From Candidatus Omnitrophota bacterium (GTDB lineage: Bacteria; Omnitrophota; Gorgyraeia; 2-01-FULL-45-10), in assembly GCA_020057115.1 (NCBI GenBank), contig JAGVGJ010000032.1, forward strand, positions 23,722 through 87,721: a DNA stretch of 64,000 nt, written 5' to 3'. Shown here in pieces: positions 36,408 through 47,323 of the stretch (position 1 is its first letter; every line of letters starts with the position of its first letter). The notes under the pieces are model-generated. The model saw only the letters and a list, made by a program, of their open reading frames with translations. It had not been told where the DNA came from and did not search any database. The position numbers and the translations under genes are program-made.

Positions 36408-38282
36408 CTACTTTCTCTCGCCGGATCTGTATTTTTCAATGAGGTCCGTGAATATGGGCTTTGGTATCGCGCCAAGGCGGATAGCTATATCATACTCTTT
36501 TATAGCCAGGTCATATTGCCCGTTCTTAAAATATGTGACAGCGAGGTTATAGTGGGCCGCTCCGTATCCCGGAGCTATCTGGATGGCCTTTTTGTATGCA
36601 GCCATAGAGTCCTGAAGCTTTTCCATGGCGCCATACAATGTGCCAAGATCATTATACGAATTCGGAAGGTCCGGGTTAAGCTCGATAGCTTTTTTGCACA
36701 GTTCAATGGCCTTCTCATTCTCGCCCTTAGCGAAATATATCATACCGAGCCCGCTATACGCGTATGCGAGGCTGGGCGCTGTTTCGATAGCCCTTCTATA
36801 AGCCTCCTCGGCATCGTCAAGCCTGCCTAGAGCTGCATAGACTATGCCCAGATTTACATATGCCAGGACATAATCTTTCGGGTCTATCTCTGTCGCCTTC
36901 TTGAACATCTCTATAGCTGCGGTCCTGTTGCCGAGGTCATCGAGGACGCTGCCCAAACTTATGTAAGCCGAACCGTATGTAGGATTCAATTCTATAGAGC
37001 GCTTGTAACATTCTATAGCTTCATACTTGCGCCCCATGTCATTATAGATATTGCCGAGATTATTGTGCATCAGGAAGCTTTCGGGGGCGTATTTCAATGT
37101 CCTTGTATAAAAAGTCACGGGATCATTCCAGTAACTGTTCTGGTAGATCGTAAGCCCGGAATAGAATACGGTTATGATCAGCATTAAAACTACGGCAAGT
37201 ATTTTATAAGGTTTTTTTCTCGATAGCCATGCCAGGGCGCCTGCTATTATGAGAAAGAATCCTATCGACGGAAGATAGAGCCAGTGCTCAGCCATATAAG
37301 CGTTGATCGGATACAGGTTTGATACCGGCAATATGCACAGGACAAGCCACGACAATGCGAAGAATAGAAGCGGATTCTTTCTTCTCGACAAAAATATCAG
37401 CCCGATAAGAGAAAGAAGTATTGCCACCCCGGCTACCGCTTTCGGATCCATAAAATTGAACAGCTTTAACCCATACTCCATGCGAAGGTCGACCGGCAAA
37501 AAAAGTATCCTGGCGTAATTGGTGACAGCGACAAAGAAACCCGGCAGCCTCTGCAAGACCGTGGTGGGATGTGCAACATGGATGAGAGCTTTTAAGACAG
37601 CCGTCCTTATAATAAAATATGCTACTGTTACGGCAAGCACCGGAAGGATCCTTCTTAAAATATTGGCCTTCCTGGCGAAAGCATAATGGTATATCAGTAT
37701 AAGGATCATGAATATAAGGGCGCTCTCCCTGGAGAGAAGCCCCAGGAAATAGAAAAATAAAGAGAGGATGAAGCATGGGACGCTCGCGCGGCGATCATCT
37801 TTTACGTAAAATATAAATGCAAATATCACGAACAGCGCGACTATCGGGTCCGCGCGTCCCGAGATATATGCCACAGCTTCGGTATGAGCCGGATGGACTA
37901 TGAAGAGGGTCGAGGCGAAGAGGGCTATTAATCTATCCCCGAAAAGAAGCCACAAGAGCCAGAATACCGACAATGCGACCATGATATGGAGGAGTATGTT
38001 CGTGATATGATAGCCCGTGGGGTCGAGCCCCCAGAAGCGGTATTCGAGCATATATGTCAATGTCTGCAGCGGGCGATAAAAATTACTTATCCTTGCAGCG
38101 CCTGAATCGACATCTTTAGTGAATATGGTCGCGATATTCGACAGGCTCTTTATATAGACATTATCCTTAACGAGATTTATATCGTCAAGAAGGAGCTTGC
38201 CGGTCACGGAGTTAGCATAGACAATGATGCCCAGCATTATTATGGTAACTATCGAAAGGATGGCAAAACGTCTATCGGTCAT
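36408..38282 (-). CDS. TMTC-like GT-C membrane glycosyltransferase with TPR repeats
   Basis: LDD, FYRPL, YHITNILLH, HPAHTEAVAYISGR, AEHWLYLPS, then multiple TPRs. Confidence 0.85.
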   Translation of the reverse strand: MTDRRFAILSIVTIIMLGIIVYANSVTGKLLLDDINLVKDNVYIKSLSNIATIFTKDVDSGAARISNFYRPLQTLTYMLEYRFWGLDPTGYHITNILLHIMVALSVFWLLWLLFGDRLIALFASTLFIVHPAHTEAVAYISGRADPIVALFVIFAFIFYVKDDRRASVPCFILSLFFYFLGLLSRESALIFMILILIYHYAFARKANILRRILPVLAVTVAYFIIRTAVLKALIHVAHPTTVLQRLPGFFVAVTNYARILFLPVDLRMEYGLKLFNFMDPKAVAGVAILLSLIGLIFLSRRKNPLLFFALSWLVLCILPVSNLYPINAYMAEHWLYLPSIGFFLIIAGALAWLSRKKPYKILAVVLMLIITVFYSGLTIYQNSYWNDPVTFYTRTLKYAPESFLMHNNLGNIYNDMGRKYEAIECYKRSIELNPTYGSAYISLGSVLDDLGNRTAAIEMFKKATEIDPKDYVLAYVNLGIVYAALGRLDDAEEAYRRAIETAPSLAYAYSGLGMIYFAKGENEKAIELCKKAIELNPDLPNSYNDLGTLYGAMEKLQDSMAAYKKAIQIAPGYGAAHYNLAVTYFKNGQYDLAIKEYDIAIRLGAIPKPIFTDLIEKYRSGERK

Positions 38283-38677
38283 TGTACCTTGAACTGTCTC
38301 CTGACATTCTTTCTTGTAAAGTAGACCACGACGAAGGCGTGGTAGAAGATCGATATGTAATTTTTTATGTCGGAAGGGATGAATGTTATTATCTCGCCGT
38401 TAAAAATAAGAAGCCCGAACAACAAGAGGACCTTTGTAAGGACTATGTATCCGGAGAAGAAGACTAGAAGGAGCCATGCCCAGCGCCAGCGTTTGAAGAG
38501 GCCCATCCCTATCGCGATGGATGTCATGGAGGCGACCAGAACGAAAAGGAATACATTTAAAGGCTTTTTGCAGGCATCCAATAAAGAGGATGTGATAAGG
38601 CTCGATATCGTCGAAAGCCCTATCAAAAGTTCTGTGACAGCTATTATGTTTACGGCTCGCCTGGCGATCATAATCAT
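38279..38677 (-). CDS. small multi-TM hypothetical protein
   Basis: Hydrophobic segments; ATGA overlap with the downstream gene. Confidence 0.65.
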   Translation of the reverse strand: MIMIARRAVNIIAVTELLIGLSTISSLITSSLLDACKKPLNVFLFVLVASMTSIAIGMGLFKRWRWAWLLLVFFSGYIVLTKVLLLFGLLIFNGEIITFIPSDIKNYISIFYHAFVVVYFTRKNVRRQFKVQ

Positions 38678-38701
38678 ACTATATCATAATAACCATTTAT
38701 C

Positions 38702-39307
38702 TTAAAGACCGATGATGCGACCCAGGATGACGTCGGCCTGTTTTGCAGCCGCTATATTAACGCGCGGGGACAGCGCCGGCAGATTTTCGATATCCGACTT
38801 AAGATCGCCCACGATTATCAGATCATCCTTCATCTTGTGTATCTTGATGTCATCGCTTGAACCTATTCCTCCGAGACCGGAGACCGACACCGCGAATTTC
38901 CCGGCCGCTAAAAGTTCGGATACGAGGATGCTTTTATATTCAGCCTTATCGAGACACTCGGCAACTGCGTCGCATCCGCCGAATATTTTTCTTACATTGC
39001 CCTTCTCGATCTTTTCAACTATCGCTTCTATCTCGATGTCCGGGTTTATGCTGCGCAGGTTATCGGCCAGCGCCTCTACCTTGTATCTGCCGACCTGGGT
39101 GAGAAAGAAGAACTGCCTGTCGAGGTTCGACGGCACGATTTTATCAAAATCGGCTATCACGAATTTCCTGAATCCGCACCGCACAAGATTGGCGGCGCAA
39201 TTTGAACCAAGCCCACCGGCGCCGGCGATACCTATCCGAGCAGTCTCGACCTTTCTGAAGCTTTCCGATCCCAATTTCTTTATAAGGTCTTCGCGCAAGC
39301 TTTCCAT
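38702..39307 (-). CDS. thiF: sulfur carrier adenylyltransferase ThiF
   Basis: GAGGLGSN, SNLDRQ; thi operon context. Confidence 0.93.
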   Translation of the reverse strand: MESLREDLIKKLGSESFRKVETARIGIAGAGGLGSNCAANLVRCGFRKFVIADFDKIVPSNLDRQFFFLTQVGRYKVEALADNLRSINPDIEIEAIVEKIEKGNVRKIFGGCDAVAECLDKAEYKSILVSELLAAGKFAVSVSGLGGIGSSDDIKIHKMKDDLIIVGDLKSDIENLPALSPRVNIAAAKQADVILGRIIGL

Positions 39308-40417
39308 CTATATCTTCATCCAGTCTTTTAAGACAGGCTGGTATCCCCTTCTTTCGAGGAGAGACCTTATCTCTTCAACGCTTCTTTCGTCCGATATTTC
39401 GAACTGCGGCCTGTCGTGATCATTTATTATCCTGGTATGGCCGCCGACGCATGTCGTGGAACCGGCAGACATCCTCGTCACGCCCAAAGGCATTATATTT
39501 TCGCGCAATATCGGGTCTTCCCTGGTAGATACCGCTATGCCGAGCCTCGGCATGAATAACCTCAAGGCTGTTATTATCTGGACGATATTCCTGTCCGACA
39601 CCTCGAAGCCGGGTTTGAAATCTCCTGCATGCGGCCGGAGCCTCGGAATAGAAATACCGATCTCAACGTCAGGATAGGCATCCTGGAGGTATTTGGCATG
39701 CAGGCCCATAAGGAATATCTCCCGTCTCCAACTGGCTAGGCCGAGCAACGTCCCGATATTGACGTTCCTCATCCCGGCCATTGCGCCCCTCTCGGGAGCG
39801 TCAAGCCGAAAAAGGAAATCTCTCTTAGGTCCGGAAGGATGGAGCGTCTCGTACAGCTTCTCGTCATAGGTCTCCTGGTATATAGTCAACCCGTCGACGC
39901 CTTCAGAGATGAGCTCTCTATATTCTTCTTCCGTCAGGGCATATACTTCGATGGCTATCGAGCTGAAGTATTCCTTAAGGATCTTCACGCAATCCTTGAT
40001 GTAGCTGACGGGGCTTTCGCTCCTTGAGTCGCCGGTCAACACAAGTATGGACCTAAGCCCGGTGGAGGATATGAACTCTGCTTCCTTCTTGACCTCATCG
40101 AGCCCTAGCTTCTTGCGCTGGAAAGCATTGTCTGCCTTGAACCCGCAATAGAGGCAGCGGTTATCGCAATAATTGGCTATATATATCGGAGTGTATAATT
40201 GGATGGTCTTGCCGAAATGTTTGAGCGTGATCTCCCGGGCTTTCGCGGCCGCGAGCTCAAGGTATTTTTCGGCTTCCTGCGAGAGCGTGGCTACAAATCC
40301 GGCCTGGCTTAAAACTTCAGAGGCGAGCGCCCTTTCGATCTCATGCCTTGAGATCGAATGAAAAAGCCCGTCGGTATCAAGGCCTTCGGTTCTCTTTATG
40401 ACTTCGTAATAACTCAT
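39308..40417 (-). CDS. thiH: 2-iminoacetate synthase ThiH
   Basis: CDNRCLYC, YQETY, PRLRP, MSAGS, QFEISDER. Confidence 0.96.
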   Translation of the reverse strand: MSYYEVIKRTEGLDTDGLFHSISRHEIERALASEVLSQAGFVATLSQEAEKYLELAAAKAREITLKHFGKTIQLYTPIYIANYCDNRCLYCGFKADNAFQRKKLGLDEVKKEAEFISSTGLRSILVLTGDSRSESPVSYIKDCVKILKEYFSSIAIEVYALTEEEYRELISEGVDGLTIYQETYDEKLYETLHPSGPKRDFLFRLDAPERGAMAGMRNVNIGTLLGLASWRREIFLMGLHAKYLQDAYPDVEIGISIPRLRPHAGDFKPGFEVSDRNIVQIITALRLFMPRLGIAVSTREDPILRENIMPLGVTRMSAGSTTCVGGHTRIINDHDRPQFEISDERSVEEIRSLLERRGYQPVLKDWMKI

Positions 40418-40425
40418 ATGCGCGA

Positions 40426-41199
40426 TTATTCTTCTCTTAAAAACCCGGTGAGCGGCGAGGATGCGCTTGGTTGCATGAAACCGAAAGGGATCCCTGAGAG
40501 ATACGCGAGCCTGCCAGCCTTGACAGCCATGTTAAATGAGCTCGCTATATTTACCGGATCGCTGGCTATGGCTATCGCGGTATTTATGAGGACTGCCGCG
40601 CAGCCCATCTCCATGCATTCGCAAGCATCCGAAGGCTTCCCTATCCCGGCATCAACGATAACAGGGGCTTTTATCTCCCTGACCATTATCTCTATAAGCT
40701 CTCTTGTCTTCACTCCCCTGTTCGACCCTATGGGCGAGCCGAGCGGCATTACCGCCGCTGCGCCGGCATCGGCAAGTCGCCTTGCCATGGAAAGGTCGGG
40801 GCTCATATACGGAAGGACGACGAACCCTTCCTTGACCAAGATCTCCGTCGCTTTTAATGTCTCCATGTTGTCAGGCAAGAGATATTTATTATCCGCTATG
40901 ACTTCTATCTTTATCCAATTGCCGCCGCCGGATGCCTTCGCAAGACGGGCTATCCTCACGGCCTCATCCGCATTCCTCGCGCCGGATGTATTCGCCATCA
41001 GGATGCAGCCCTTCGGGATATAGTCGAGTATATTGTCCGTCTTCGAAGTATCGTCGACCCTTCTTAATGCGACGGTGACAACCTCGGCCTGCGAAGCTTC
41101 AAGGGCCTTCTTCATGAGGGAATAACTTGAGAACTTGCCTGTCCCTATGAAGAGCCTGTTTTTTATAGATCTATCGCCTATCTTTAAGATATCTTCCAT
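40426..41199 (-). CDS. thiG: thiazole synthase
   Basis: [25 protein letters not shown]. Confidence 0.97.
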   Translation of the reverse strand: MEDILKIGDRSIKNRLFIGTGKFSSYSLMKKALEASQAEVVTVALRRVDDTSKTDNILDYIPKGCILMANTSGARNADEAVRIARLAKASGGGNWIKIEVIADNKYLLPDNMETLKATEILVKEGFVVLPYMSPDLSMARRLADAGAAAVMPLGSPIGSNRGVKTRELIEIMVREIKAPVIVDAGIGKPSDACECMEMGCAAVLINTAIAIASDPVNIASSFNMAVKAGRLAYLSGIPFGFMQPSASSPLTGFLREE

Positions 41200-41399
41200 T
41201 ATCCGCCGCCTACAAAACTTACTATCTCAAGATCATCATCTTCTTTGAGAGCTATAGCGCCTATCTCCTCTTTCGGGATTATGCGGCGGTTGTGCTCCAC
41301 GACCACGCGCTCGCATGACAGACCTTTTGAAATAAGAAGCCCTGTTATGTTAAGGGTTGAGCCGACTTCTTCGTATTTACCGTTTATTTTTACTTTCAC
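41199..41399 (-). CDS. thiS: sulfur carrier protein ThiS
   Basis: C-terminal EIVSFVGGG; GTG start overlapping the thiE stop. Confidence 0.95.
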   Translation of the reverse strand: MKVKINGKYEEVGSTLNITGLLISKGLSCERVVVEHNRRIIPKEEIGAIALKEDDDLEIVSFVGGG

Positions 41400-42049
41400 G
41401 CTTCGCAAAGCTCCTTACATCTTTTCAGTTTTTCTTTGAGGCTCTTGGTCCTTGCAACTATATCGTCAGCTTCCATTATATCCCTTATGACCGCGATATT
41501 CCTGGCGCCGTCGCGCGTAACCTCGTCCACATTCTCAAGCGTTATGCCGCCTATGAGTACGACGGGCTTGCGCGCTATTGCCATGATCTCTTTTATATCC
41601 TTCGTCCCCAGGAAATAGTCTTTCGTCTTCGTATGGAATATGGGCCCGTATGCAATATAATCGACGTCAGACTCATTCGCTTTTTCGAATTGCTCGATCG
41701 AATGGGTGGATACCCCGACTATCTCGTCATTACCTATTATCTGCCGGACAGCGTTTATAGGAAAGCGCTCCATATCATCCTGGCCTAGATGTACGCCATC
41801 GGCGCCGACCCTGTGCGCGAGATGCGGATCGTCATTAACAATAAAAACAACATTATGCTTTTTACAGAGGACTAAAAGTTCTGAGCCTAGTTTTTCGAGC
41901 TCCGTTTCGGATTTCTCTTTTTCCCGCATCTGGATTATGTCGACGCCGCCTTTTATCGCAAGTTTCGCCACCTCAAGAGCGCTTCGGCCTTTGCCGTATT
42001 TCTCGTTCAGCACCAGATAAAGGCTGTAATTATCGATCTTAGGCGTCAT
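41396..42049 (-). CDS. thiE: thiamine-phosphate synthase
   Basis: QMREK, VNDD, GVHLGQDD, GVSTH, IGGI. Confidence 0.96.
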   Translation of the reverse strand: MTPKIDNYSLYLVLNEKYGKGRSALEVAKLAIKGGVDIIQMREKEKSETELEKLGSELLVLCKKHNVVFIVNDDPHLAHRVGADGVHLGQDDMERFPINAVRQIIGNDEIVGVSTHSIEQFEKANESDVDYIAYGPIFHTKTKDYFLGTKDIKEIMAIARKPVVLIGGITLENVDEVTRDGARNIAVIRDIMEADDIVARTKSLKEKLKRCKELCEA

Positions 42050-42077
42050 CTTTTTTTATCCATTCTGTCATTGCGTT

Positions 42078-43013
42078 TTAAGCCAAAAATTCCTGGAATA
42101 GCCACGTGGAAAGATATCTCTCTCCTGTATCCGGGAGTATCACCACGATCGTCTTTCCTGATGATTCTTTTCGTTTGGCGACCTCTAAAGCGGCCCACAT
42201 CGCGGCGCCGCACGATATCCCCGCAAATATCCCTTCGGAGCGGGCGAGCTTTCTCGCAATAGCGCCTGCGTCATCATTCGATACCTGCATTATCTCGTCG
42301 ATCACCTTGCGGTCAAGGACATCCGGCACAAATCCTGCCCCGATCCCCTGTATCTTATGGGGACCCGGCTTTCCGCCGGAAAGGACCGGAGAATCGGCCG
42401 GCTCGATACCTATCACTTTGACTGAAGGCTTCTTCTCTTTCAATACTTCGCCCACGCCCGTTATAGTCCCGCCTGTCCCGATACCGGCAATAAATATATC
42501 CACTCCCCCGTCAGTATCATTCCATATCTCCATAGCGGTCGTCTTGCGATGTATCTCAGGGTTCGCCGGATTTTTGAATTGCTGCGGTAGGAAGCTGCCC
42601 GGTGTTTTTCTGGCTAGCTCTTCGGCTGCCTCAACCGCTCCGCGCATGCCTTTTGCTCCCGGAGTCAGGACTATCTCCGCGCCCATTATCTTTAATAACT
42701 GTCTTCTTTCCATGCTCATAGTGTCAGGCATGGTGAGTATCAGCTTATAACCTTTTGCGGCTGCGACGAATGCAAGGGCTATGCCGGTATTGCCGCTCGT
42801 CGGTTCTATTATGACCGCGCCTTTCTTGAGGCTTCCGTCCTTCTCGGCCGCTTCTACCATCGCGACGCCAATTCTATCCTTTATGCTTGAAAGCGGATTA
42901 AAGAACTCCAGCTTCGCCAGAATAGTCGCATTTAATCCTTCCGCGAGCTTATTTATCTTAACAAGAGGGGTATTCCCTGTTGTTTTTGTTATATCTTCAA
43001 ATATTCGAGCCAT
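42078..43013 (-). CDS. cysK: cysteine synthase
   Basis: SIKDRI PLP lysine, [20 protein letters not shown]. Confidence 0.96.
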   Translation of the reverse strand: MARIFEDITKTTGNTPLVKINKLAEGLNATILAKLEFFNPLSSIKDRIGVAMVEAAEKDGSLKKGAVIIEPTSGNTGIALAFVAAAKGYKLILTMPDTMSMERRQLLKIMGAEIVLTPGAKGMRGAVEAAEELARKTPGSFLPQQFKNPANPEIHRKTTAMEIWNDTDGGVDIFIAGIGTGGTITGVGEVLKEKKPSVKVIGIEPADSPVLSGGKPGPHKIQGIGAGFVPDVLDRKVIDEIMQVSNDDAGAIARKLARSEGIFAGISCGAAMWAALEVAKRKESSGKTIVVILPDTGERYLSTWLFQEFLA

Positions 43014-43087
43014 GAGCGCTCCTTTTTTAAATTATCACTGAAGATATATTATATCATAAATCATCGCTACAGCATTGCATCGTTTGT

Positions 43088-43801
43088 TTAAATCGCCAAC
43101 GCCTTTAAGAACCTTTCCTTTCCCGTTTCATCTATCAATACGCCCAACCTCTGCCTGGATTTAGCATTCTCCTTATAGAATTTAACGACCCTGGCAATAA
43201 CCATCAAAACCTCGTCCTCTGTAAAGATATTATCCAGCTTAAGCCCTGAACGCGGGCTTCTCCCCCCGCATCCGCCTAAGTAAACTATAAACCCAGAACG
43301 AGGGCTTGGCCCTGCCTGGGCGGCCTGACCATGTATTCCTATCTCGGCTGCCTGCGCGCGAGTGCACGTATTAGGGCAACCTGAAATGGCTATCTTGAAT
43401 TTATGCGGAAGGTCCATGCCGCACTTGATCCCCAGTTCTTTTTCGATTCTCTCGAAGAGAGAGAATGTGTCTACAAGGCCGGCCTTGCACCAGTTATTCC
43501 CGGGGCAACAAGTCACTGCCCTGAGGCGCGCACCGGATGTGCCTGGCTTTATGCCTGCGGCTTTCATATCAGCCTCAACCGCGGGGATATCGTTAAGACT
43601 TATGAATGGGATCTCCATGCCCTGCCTCACCGTAGCGTGGATAAACCCTTTCCCATACTTCTCGGCTATAGCGGCTAATTTAATAAGATGCCCTTTCTTA
43701 TAAACGCCTTCGGACATGCGCGTCCTGAATATAAAGAACCCTTCCTGTCTCTGTCTTAAGAAACCACGGCCTTTCAGGCCTTCGTAATCTATATTTTCCA
43801 T
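43088..43801 (-). CDS. small siroheme/4Fe-4S sulfite (nitrite) reductase
   Basis: CCPGNNWC and KFKIAISGCPNTC; T.RQ motif; next to siroheme and cys genes. Confidence 0.85.
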   Translation of the reverse strand: MENIDYEGLKGRGFLRQRQEGFFIFRTRMSEGVYKKGHLIKLAAIAEKYGKGFIHATVRQGMEIPFISLNDIPAVEADMKAAGIKPGTSGARLRAVTCCPGNNWCKAGLVDTFSLFERIEKELGIKCGMDLPHKFKIAISGCPNTCTRAQAAEIGIHGQAAQAGPSPRSGFIVYLGGCGGRSPRSGLKLDNIFTEDEVLMVIARVVKFYKENAKSRQRLGVLIDETGKERFLKALAI

Positions 43802-43823
43802 TGTTTCCTCCGTATCATCATTA

Positions 43824-45062
43824 TCACATATCTCTCATCACTTCTTCGGCTGCCTTTATTGTCTTGTCGATATCTTTACCTGTATGCCCGAAAGATAAAA
43901 AATTGGCCTCAAACTCTGATGGCGCAAAATATATCCCGCGACGGAGCATGCCTCTATAAAATTTTCTGAATATCTTCTTATCCTTGAACTTTATACTGAA
44001 GATGGATCCAAAACGGACTATCTTTAGATCTATGTGACGCCGGCCCGCCTCTTTCATAAGACTGATGGTTAAACAAGCTGCTAGCTTTTCCGGCCTGTTA
44101 TAACTATACCTTAAATCCCGGAGCGCCTTTAAGGTCGAGAGGCCTGCCTGCATCACGACTGGATTCCCAGAGAATGTGGAAGCCTGATAGACTTCACCAA
44201 GTGGCGCAAGTTTATTCATTATCCTGCGGCCTCCTCCATAAGCACCTACAGGGAGCCCGCCGCCTATTATCTTGCCCAATATAATAAGGTCCGGCTTGAC
44301 GCCTAATTTTACGGCAAGCGATCCGAAATAGAATCGAAAACCAGTTATTACCTCGTCGGCAATAAGAAGCGCTCCATACTTTTTTGTAATGACCCTCAGA
44401 TATTTTATAAAATCGATATCCGGAAGCGTAACGCCGTAATTGCCTCCGCAGGGCTCAAATATTACCGCTGCTATCTCCTTGTCGTATTTTGTAAATATCT
44501 TATCCATGCTTTTTTTGTCTCCGTAAGGAGCGACTATCGTGTGTTTAGTAAAATCCCGCGGGACGCCATCGCTCTGAGGTATCCCCAATGTCGCAAGCCC
44601 GGATCCTCCTTTAGCCAACAGATAGTCCGCATGACCGTGATAAGAGTTCCTGAACTTTATGATCTTATCGCGGCCTGTATATCCTCTTGCAAGTCGAATC
44701 GCCCCCATCACGGCTTCTGTCCCGGAATTAACGAATCTTATCTTCTCGATAACCGGGATGGCTTTAGATATCGCCTTTGCAAGCTCGATCTCTCTAATAT
44801 TGGTAGTGCCAAAACTAAAACCGCTGTCCAGGGCCTTCTTGACATCTCTTGTGATTTTTGGGGAGGCATGGCCTAATATCAGGCTGCCCCAGGAAAGAAC
44901 ATAGTCTATATATCCTTTCCCGGCATGATCATAAACTTTTGAGCCGGATCCCTTCTTTATCACGAGAAGATCGCCGCCGACATAATTGAATGCCCGAACC
45001 GGGCTATCCACTCCGGCGACGAGATATTTTTTCGCTTTTTTTATCAACTTCTCTTTAGCCAT
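43824..45062 (-). CDS. hemL: glutamate-1-semialdehyde aminomutase
   Basis: GVDSPVRAF, NSGTEA, DEVITGFR, GKIIGGGLP. Confidence 0.96.
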   Translation of the reverse strand: MAKEKLIKKAKKYLVAGVDSPVRAFNYVGGDLLVIKKGSGSKVYDHAGKGYIDYVLSWGSLILGHASPKITRDVKKALDSGFSFGTTNIREIELAKAISKAIPVIEKIRFVNSGTEAVMGAIRLARGYTGRDKIIKFRNSYHGHADYLLAKGGSGLATLGIPQSDGVPRDFTKHTIVAPYGDKKSMDKIFTKYDKEIAAVIFEPCGGNYGVTLPDIDFIKYLRVITKKYGALLIADEVITGFRFYFGSLAVKLGVKPDLIILGKIIGGGLPVGAYGGGRRIMNKLAPLGEVYQASTFSGNPVVMQAGLSTLKALRDLRYSYNRPEKLAACLTISLMKEAGRRHIDLKIVRFGSIFSIKFKDKKIFRKFYRGMLRRGIYFAPSEFEANFLSFGHTGKDIDKTIKAAEEVMRDM

Positions 45063-45952
45063 CCGGCTATATCCTTTGCATGATACGTTATTATCATATC
45101 TGCGCCCGCGCGCTTAATAGAGTCCATGATCTCGAGCACGATTTTTTCCTCGTCCCAATAGCCCAATTGCGCGCCGGCCTTCACCATAGAATATTCACCG
45201 CTTACATTATATGCTGCCAAAGTATGATCGAACCGTCGGCTCGCGTCCTTGATAATGTCTAGATAAGATAACGCGGGTTTCACCATTACGATATCTGCGC
45301 CCTCGTCAATATCAGCCTCTATCGCTTTCATGGCTTTTAATATATCTTTATGGTCGAGCTGATAAGCCCGTCTGTCTCCAAATTTTGGGGACGAACGAGC
45401 CGCATCCCTGAAAGGGCCGTAGAAGTTCGATACGAATTTCGCGGAATATCCCATTATCTTTGTTCCATTAAGCCCGCTCTTGTCCAGCGCAGTCCTTATG
45501 GCGCGGACTTGCCCCTTAGTCATGGCCGACGGCGCAACATAGTCTGCTCCGGCTTCAGCATGCGAAAGAGCGATCTTCGCAAGCGCTTCCAAGGTTTTTT
45601 TATTATCTATTTTCTGCCCTGGACCCTTCAATATTCCACAATGTCCATGCAACGTATATGCACATAAGCAGACATCCGTCATAACTGTGATACCCGGCAT
45701 ACTGTGCTTTAAAGCTTTTATTGCAAGACTAACTACACTATCTCTTTTATGCGCGGTTGCGCCAAACTTATCCTTCTTATCCGGCACTCCGAATAGGAGC
45801 ACTTTCGTTATGCCTGATTTCAATAATTTATCCGCTTCCCGGACGAGCATATCCGCAGAGAACCTGAAAACGCCGGGCATAGAATACACTCTCTCGCGGA
45901 TGCCTTTGCCTGGCTTCACAAATAACGGATATATGAGATCTCGTGTCTTCAT
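45044..45952 (-). CDS. hemB: porphobilinogen synthase
   Basis: DVCLCAYTLHGHCG, FYGPFRDA, MVKPAL, AYNVSGEY. Confidence 0.96.
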   Translation of the reverse strand: MKTRDLIYPLFVKPGKGIRERVYSMPGVFRFSADMLVREADKLLKSGITKVLLFGVPDKKDKFGATAHKRDSVVSLAIKALKHSMPGITVMTDVCLCAYTLHGHCGILKGPGQKIDNKKTLEALAKIALSHAEAGADYVAPSAMTKGQVRAIRTALDKSGLNGTKIMGYSAKFVSNFYGPFRDAARSSPKFGDRRAYQLDHKDILKAMKAIEADIDEGADIVMVKPALSYLDIIKDASRRFDHTLAAYNVSGEYSMVKAGAQLGYWDEEKIVLEIMDSIKRAGADMIITYHAKDIAGWLKRS

Positions 45953-46674
45953 TAGCTTTCTCGAAAGTAATTTACTGCCTCGCCGACGACTAAAACAGCC
46001 GGAGACTTTATCCTTCGACGCTTCACTTCGTCTGCTATCGTCTCTATCGTAGCCTTTGTGATCCTGGCCTCAGGAGTCGTTACCTTTTCCATAAAAGCGC
46101 AAGGCGTCGAGGCGGGCCTTCCGCTCTTGACGAGAGCCTTCACGACATTCGCTATATTGGCAACGGCCATTAGATATACGAGCGTCTCACAATCCGGAGC
46201 ATCTATATCTGCCGACGGATCTCTCTTTCTGCCTGTCAATATAGCGACAGACTGAACCTTGTCCTTCACGGTTAGCGGTATGCCAAAACTCTCAGGACCG
46301 GCTATCGCCGAAGTTATCCCCGGTATCACCTCAATATCGACACCGCTCTCTAATAGGAATCTAGCCTCTTCGGCGCCGCGGCTAAAGATGAAAGGATCGC
46401 CGCCTTTAAGACGCACGACATGTTTAAACTTAAGCGAGTTATTATAAAGAAGGCGGTTTATCTCATCCTGCTCTTTGAGATGTATCCGGTCGGACTTTCC
46501 GACGCAGATCTTCTTCGCAGACTTCTTTACATGCTTTAGAAGTAACGGCGAAGAGAGAAAGTCGTAGAGAACGCAATCGGCTCTCTTCAAGGCTTTAAGT
46601 CCTTTTACGCTGATGAGCTCCGGATCGCCCGGACCGGCCCCAACTATATAAACTCTTCCTTTCTTACGCATCAT
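45952..46674 (-). CDS. cobA: uroporphyrinogen-III C-methyltransferase (no HemD fusion)
   Basis: VGAGPGDPELI, RLKGGDPFIF. Confidence 0.94.
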   Translation of the reverse strand: MMRKKGRVYIVGAGPGDPELISVKGLKALKRADCVLYDFLSSPLLLKHVKKSAKKICVGKSDRIHLKEQDEINRLLYNNSLKFKHVVRLKGGDPFIFSRGAEEARFLLESGVDIEVIPGITSAIAGPESFGIPLTVKDKVQSVAILTGRKRDPSADIDAPDCETLVYLMAVANIANVVKALVKSGRPASTPCAFMEKVTTPEARITKATIETIADEVKRRRIKSPAVLVVGEAVNYFRES

Positions 46675-47323
46675 TTAAACCTCGAAATATCTCAAACAGG
46701 TCCGCCCTGTCCCGGCGAATCTGGACAGCAAGCCTTCCCTGCAATGGATGCGGCTCCATTATCTCCGAAGGGATCATCTCTCTTATCCTCTTTTCGTATC
46801 CCAGCCTTATGAGCGCGGCATGAGCGACTACCAAAGAATCAAAATCGCCATTATCAAGCTTGGCCAGCCTCTCATCTATGTCCCCGCGCACATCTGTCAC
46901 GATGAGGTCTGGTCTCACGCGCAAAATAGCGTCTTTGCGCCTGCGGCTGGACGTGGCTACACGCGACCCTGACGGCAAACTCTTTAAAGAATGCCCGGCG
47001 TTAGAAACAAGACACTCGAACGGGCTGATCGAACGGGTCAGCGCCGCTATCATCAATCCTTCGGGCATGATCTCTTCCAGGTCCTTCGCGCTATGGACGG
47101 CTATATCTATATCGCCGACGACGAGGGCCTCTTCTATCTCGCGGGTAAAGAAATCTCCCATTTCCCGGCCAAGGAGGCTTGTCAGCTTATCTTTATCTCC
47201 GCGCGTTTCGATAGGGATCGTATCCATGCGAAGATGCGGCATGCGCGAACGTATCTCATCGACCTGTTTTAGGGCGAGCTTACTTGATCGCGTTCCGACC
47301 CTGATACTCTTTATCATAAACAT
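46664..47323 (-). CDS. hemC: hydroxymethylbilane synthase, short form lacking domain 3
   Basis: GTRSSKLALKQ, TRGD, AVHSAKD, TSSRRR; ends shortly after QGRLAVQIR. Confidence 0.9.
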   Translation of the reverse strand: MFMIKSIRVGTRSSKLALKQVDEIRSRMPHLRMDTIPIETRGDKDKLTSLLGREMGDFFTREIEEALVVGDIDIAVHSAKDLEEIMPEGLMIAALTRSISPFECLVSNAGHSLKSLPSGSRVATSSRRRKDAILRVRPDLIVTDVRGDIDERLAKLDNGDFDSLVVAHAALIRLGYEKRIREMIPSEIMEPHPLQGRLAVQIRRDRADLFEIFRGLNDA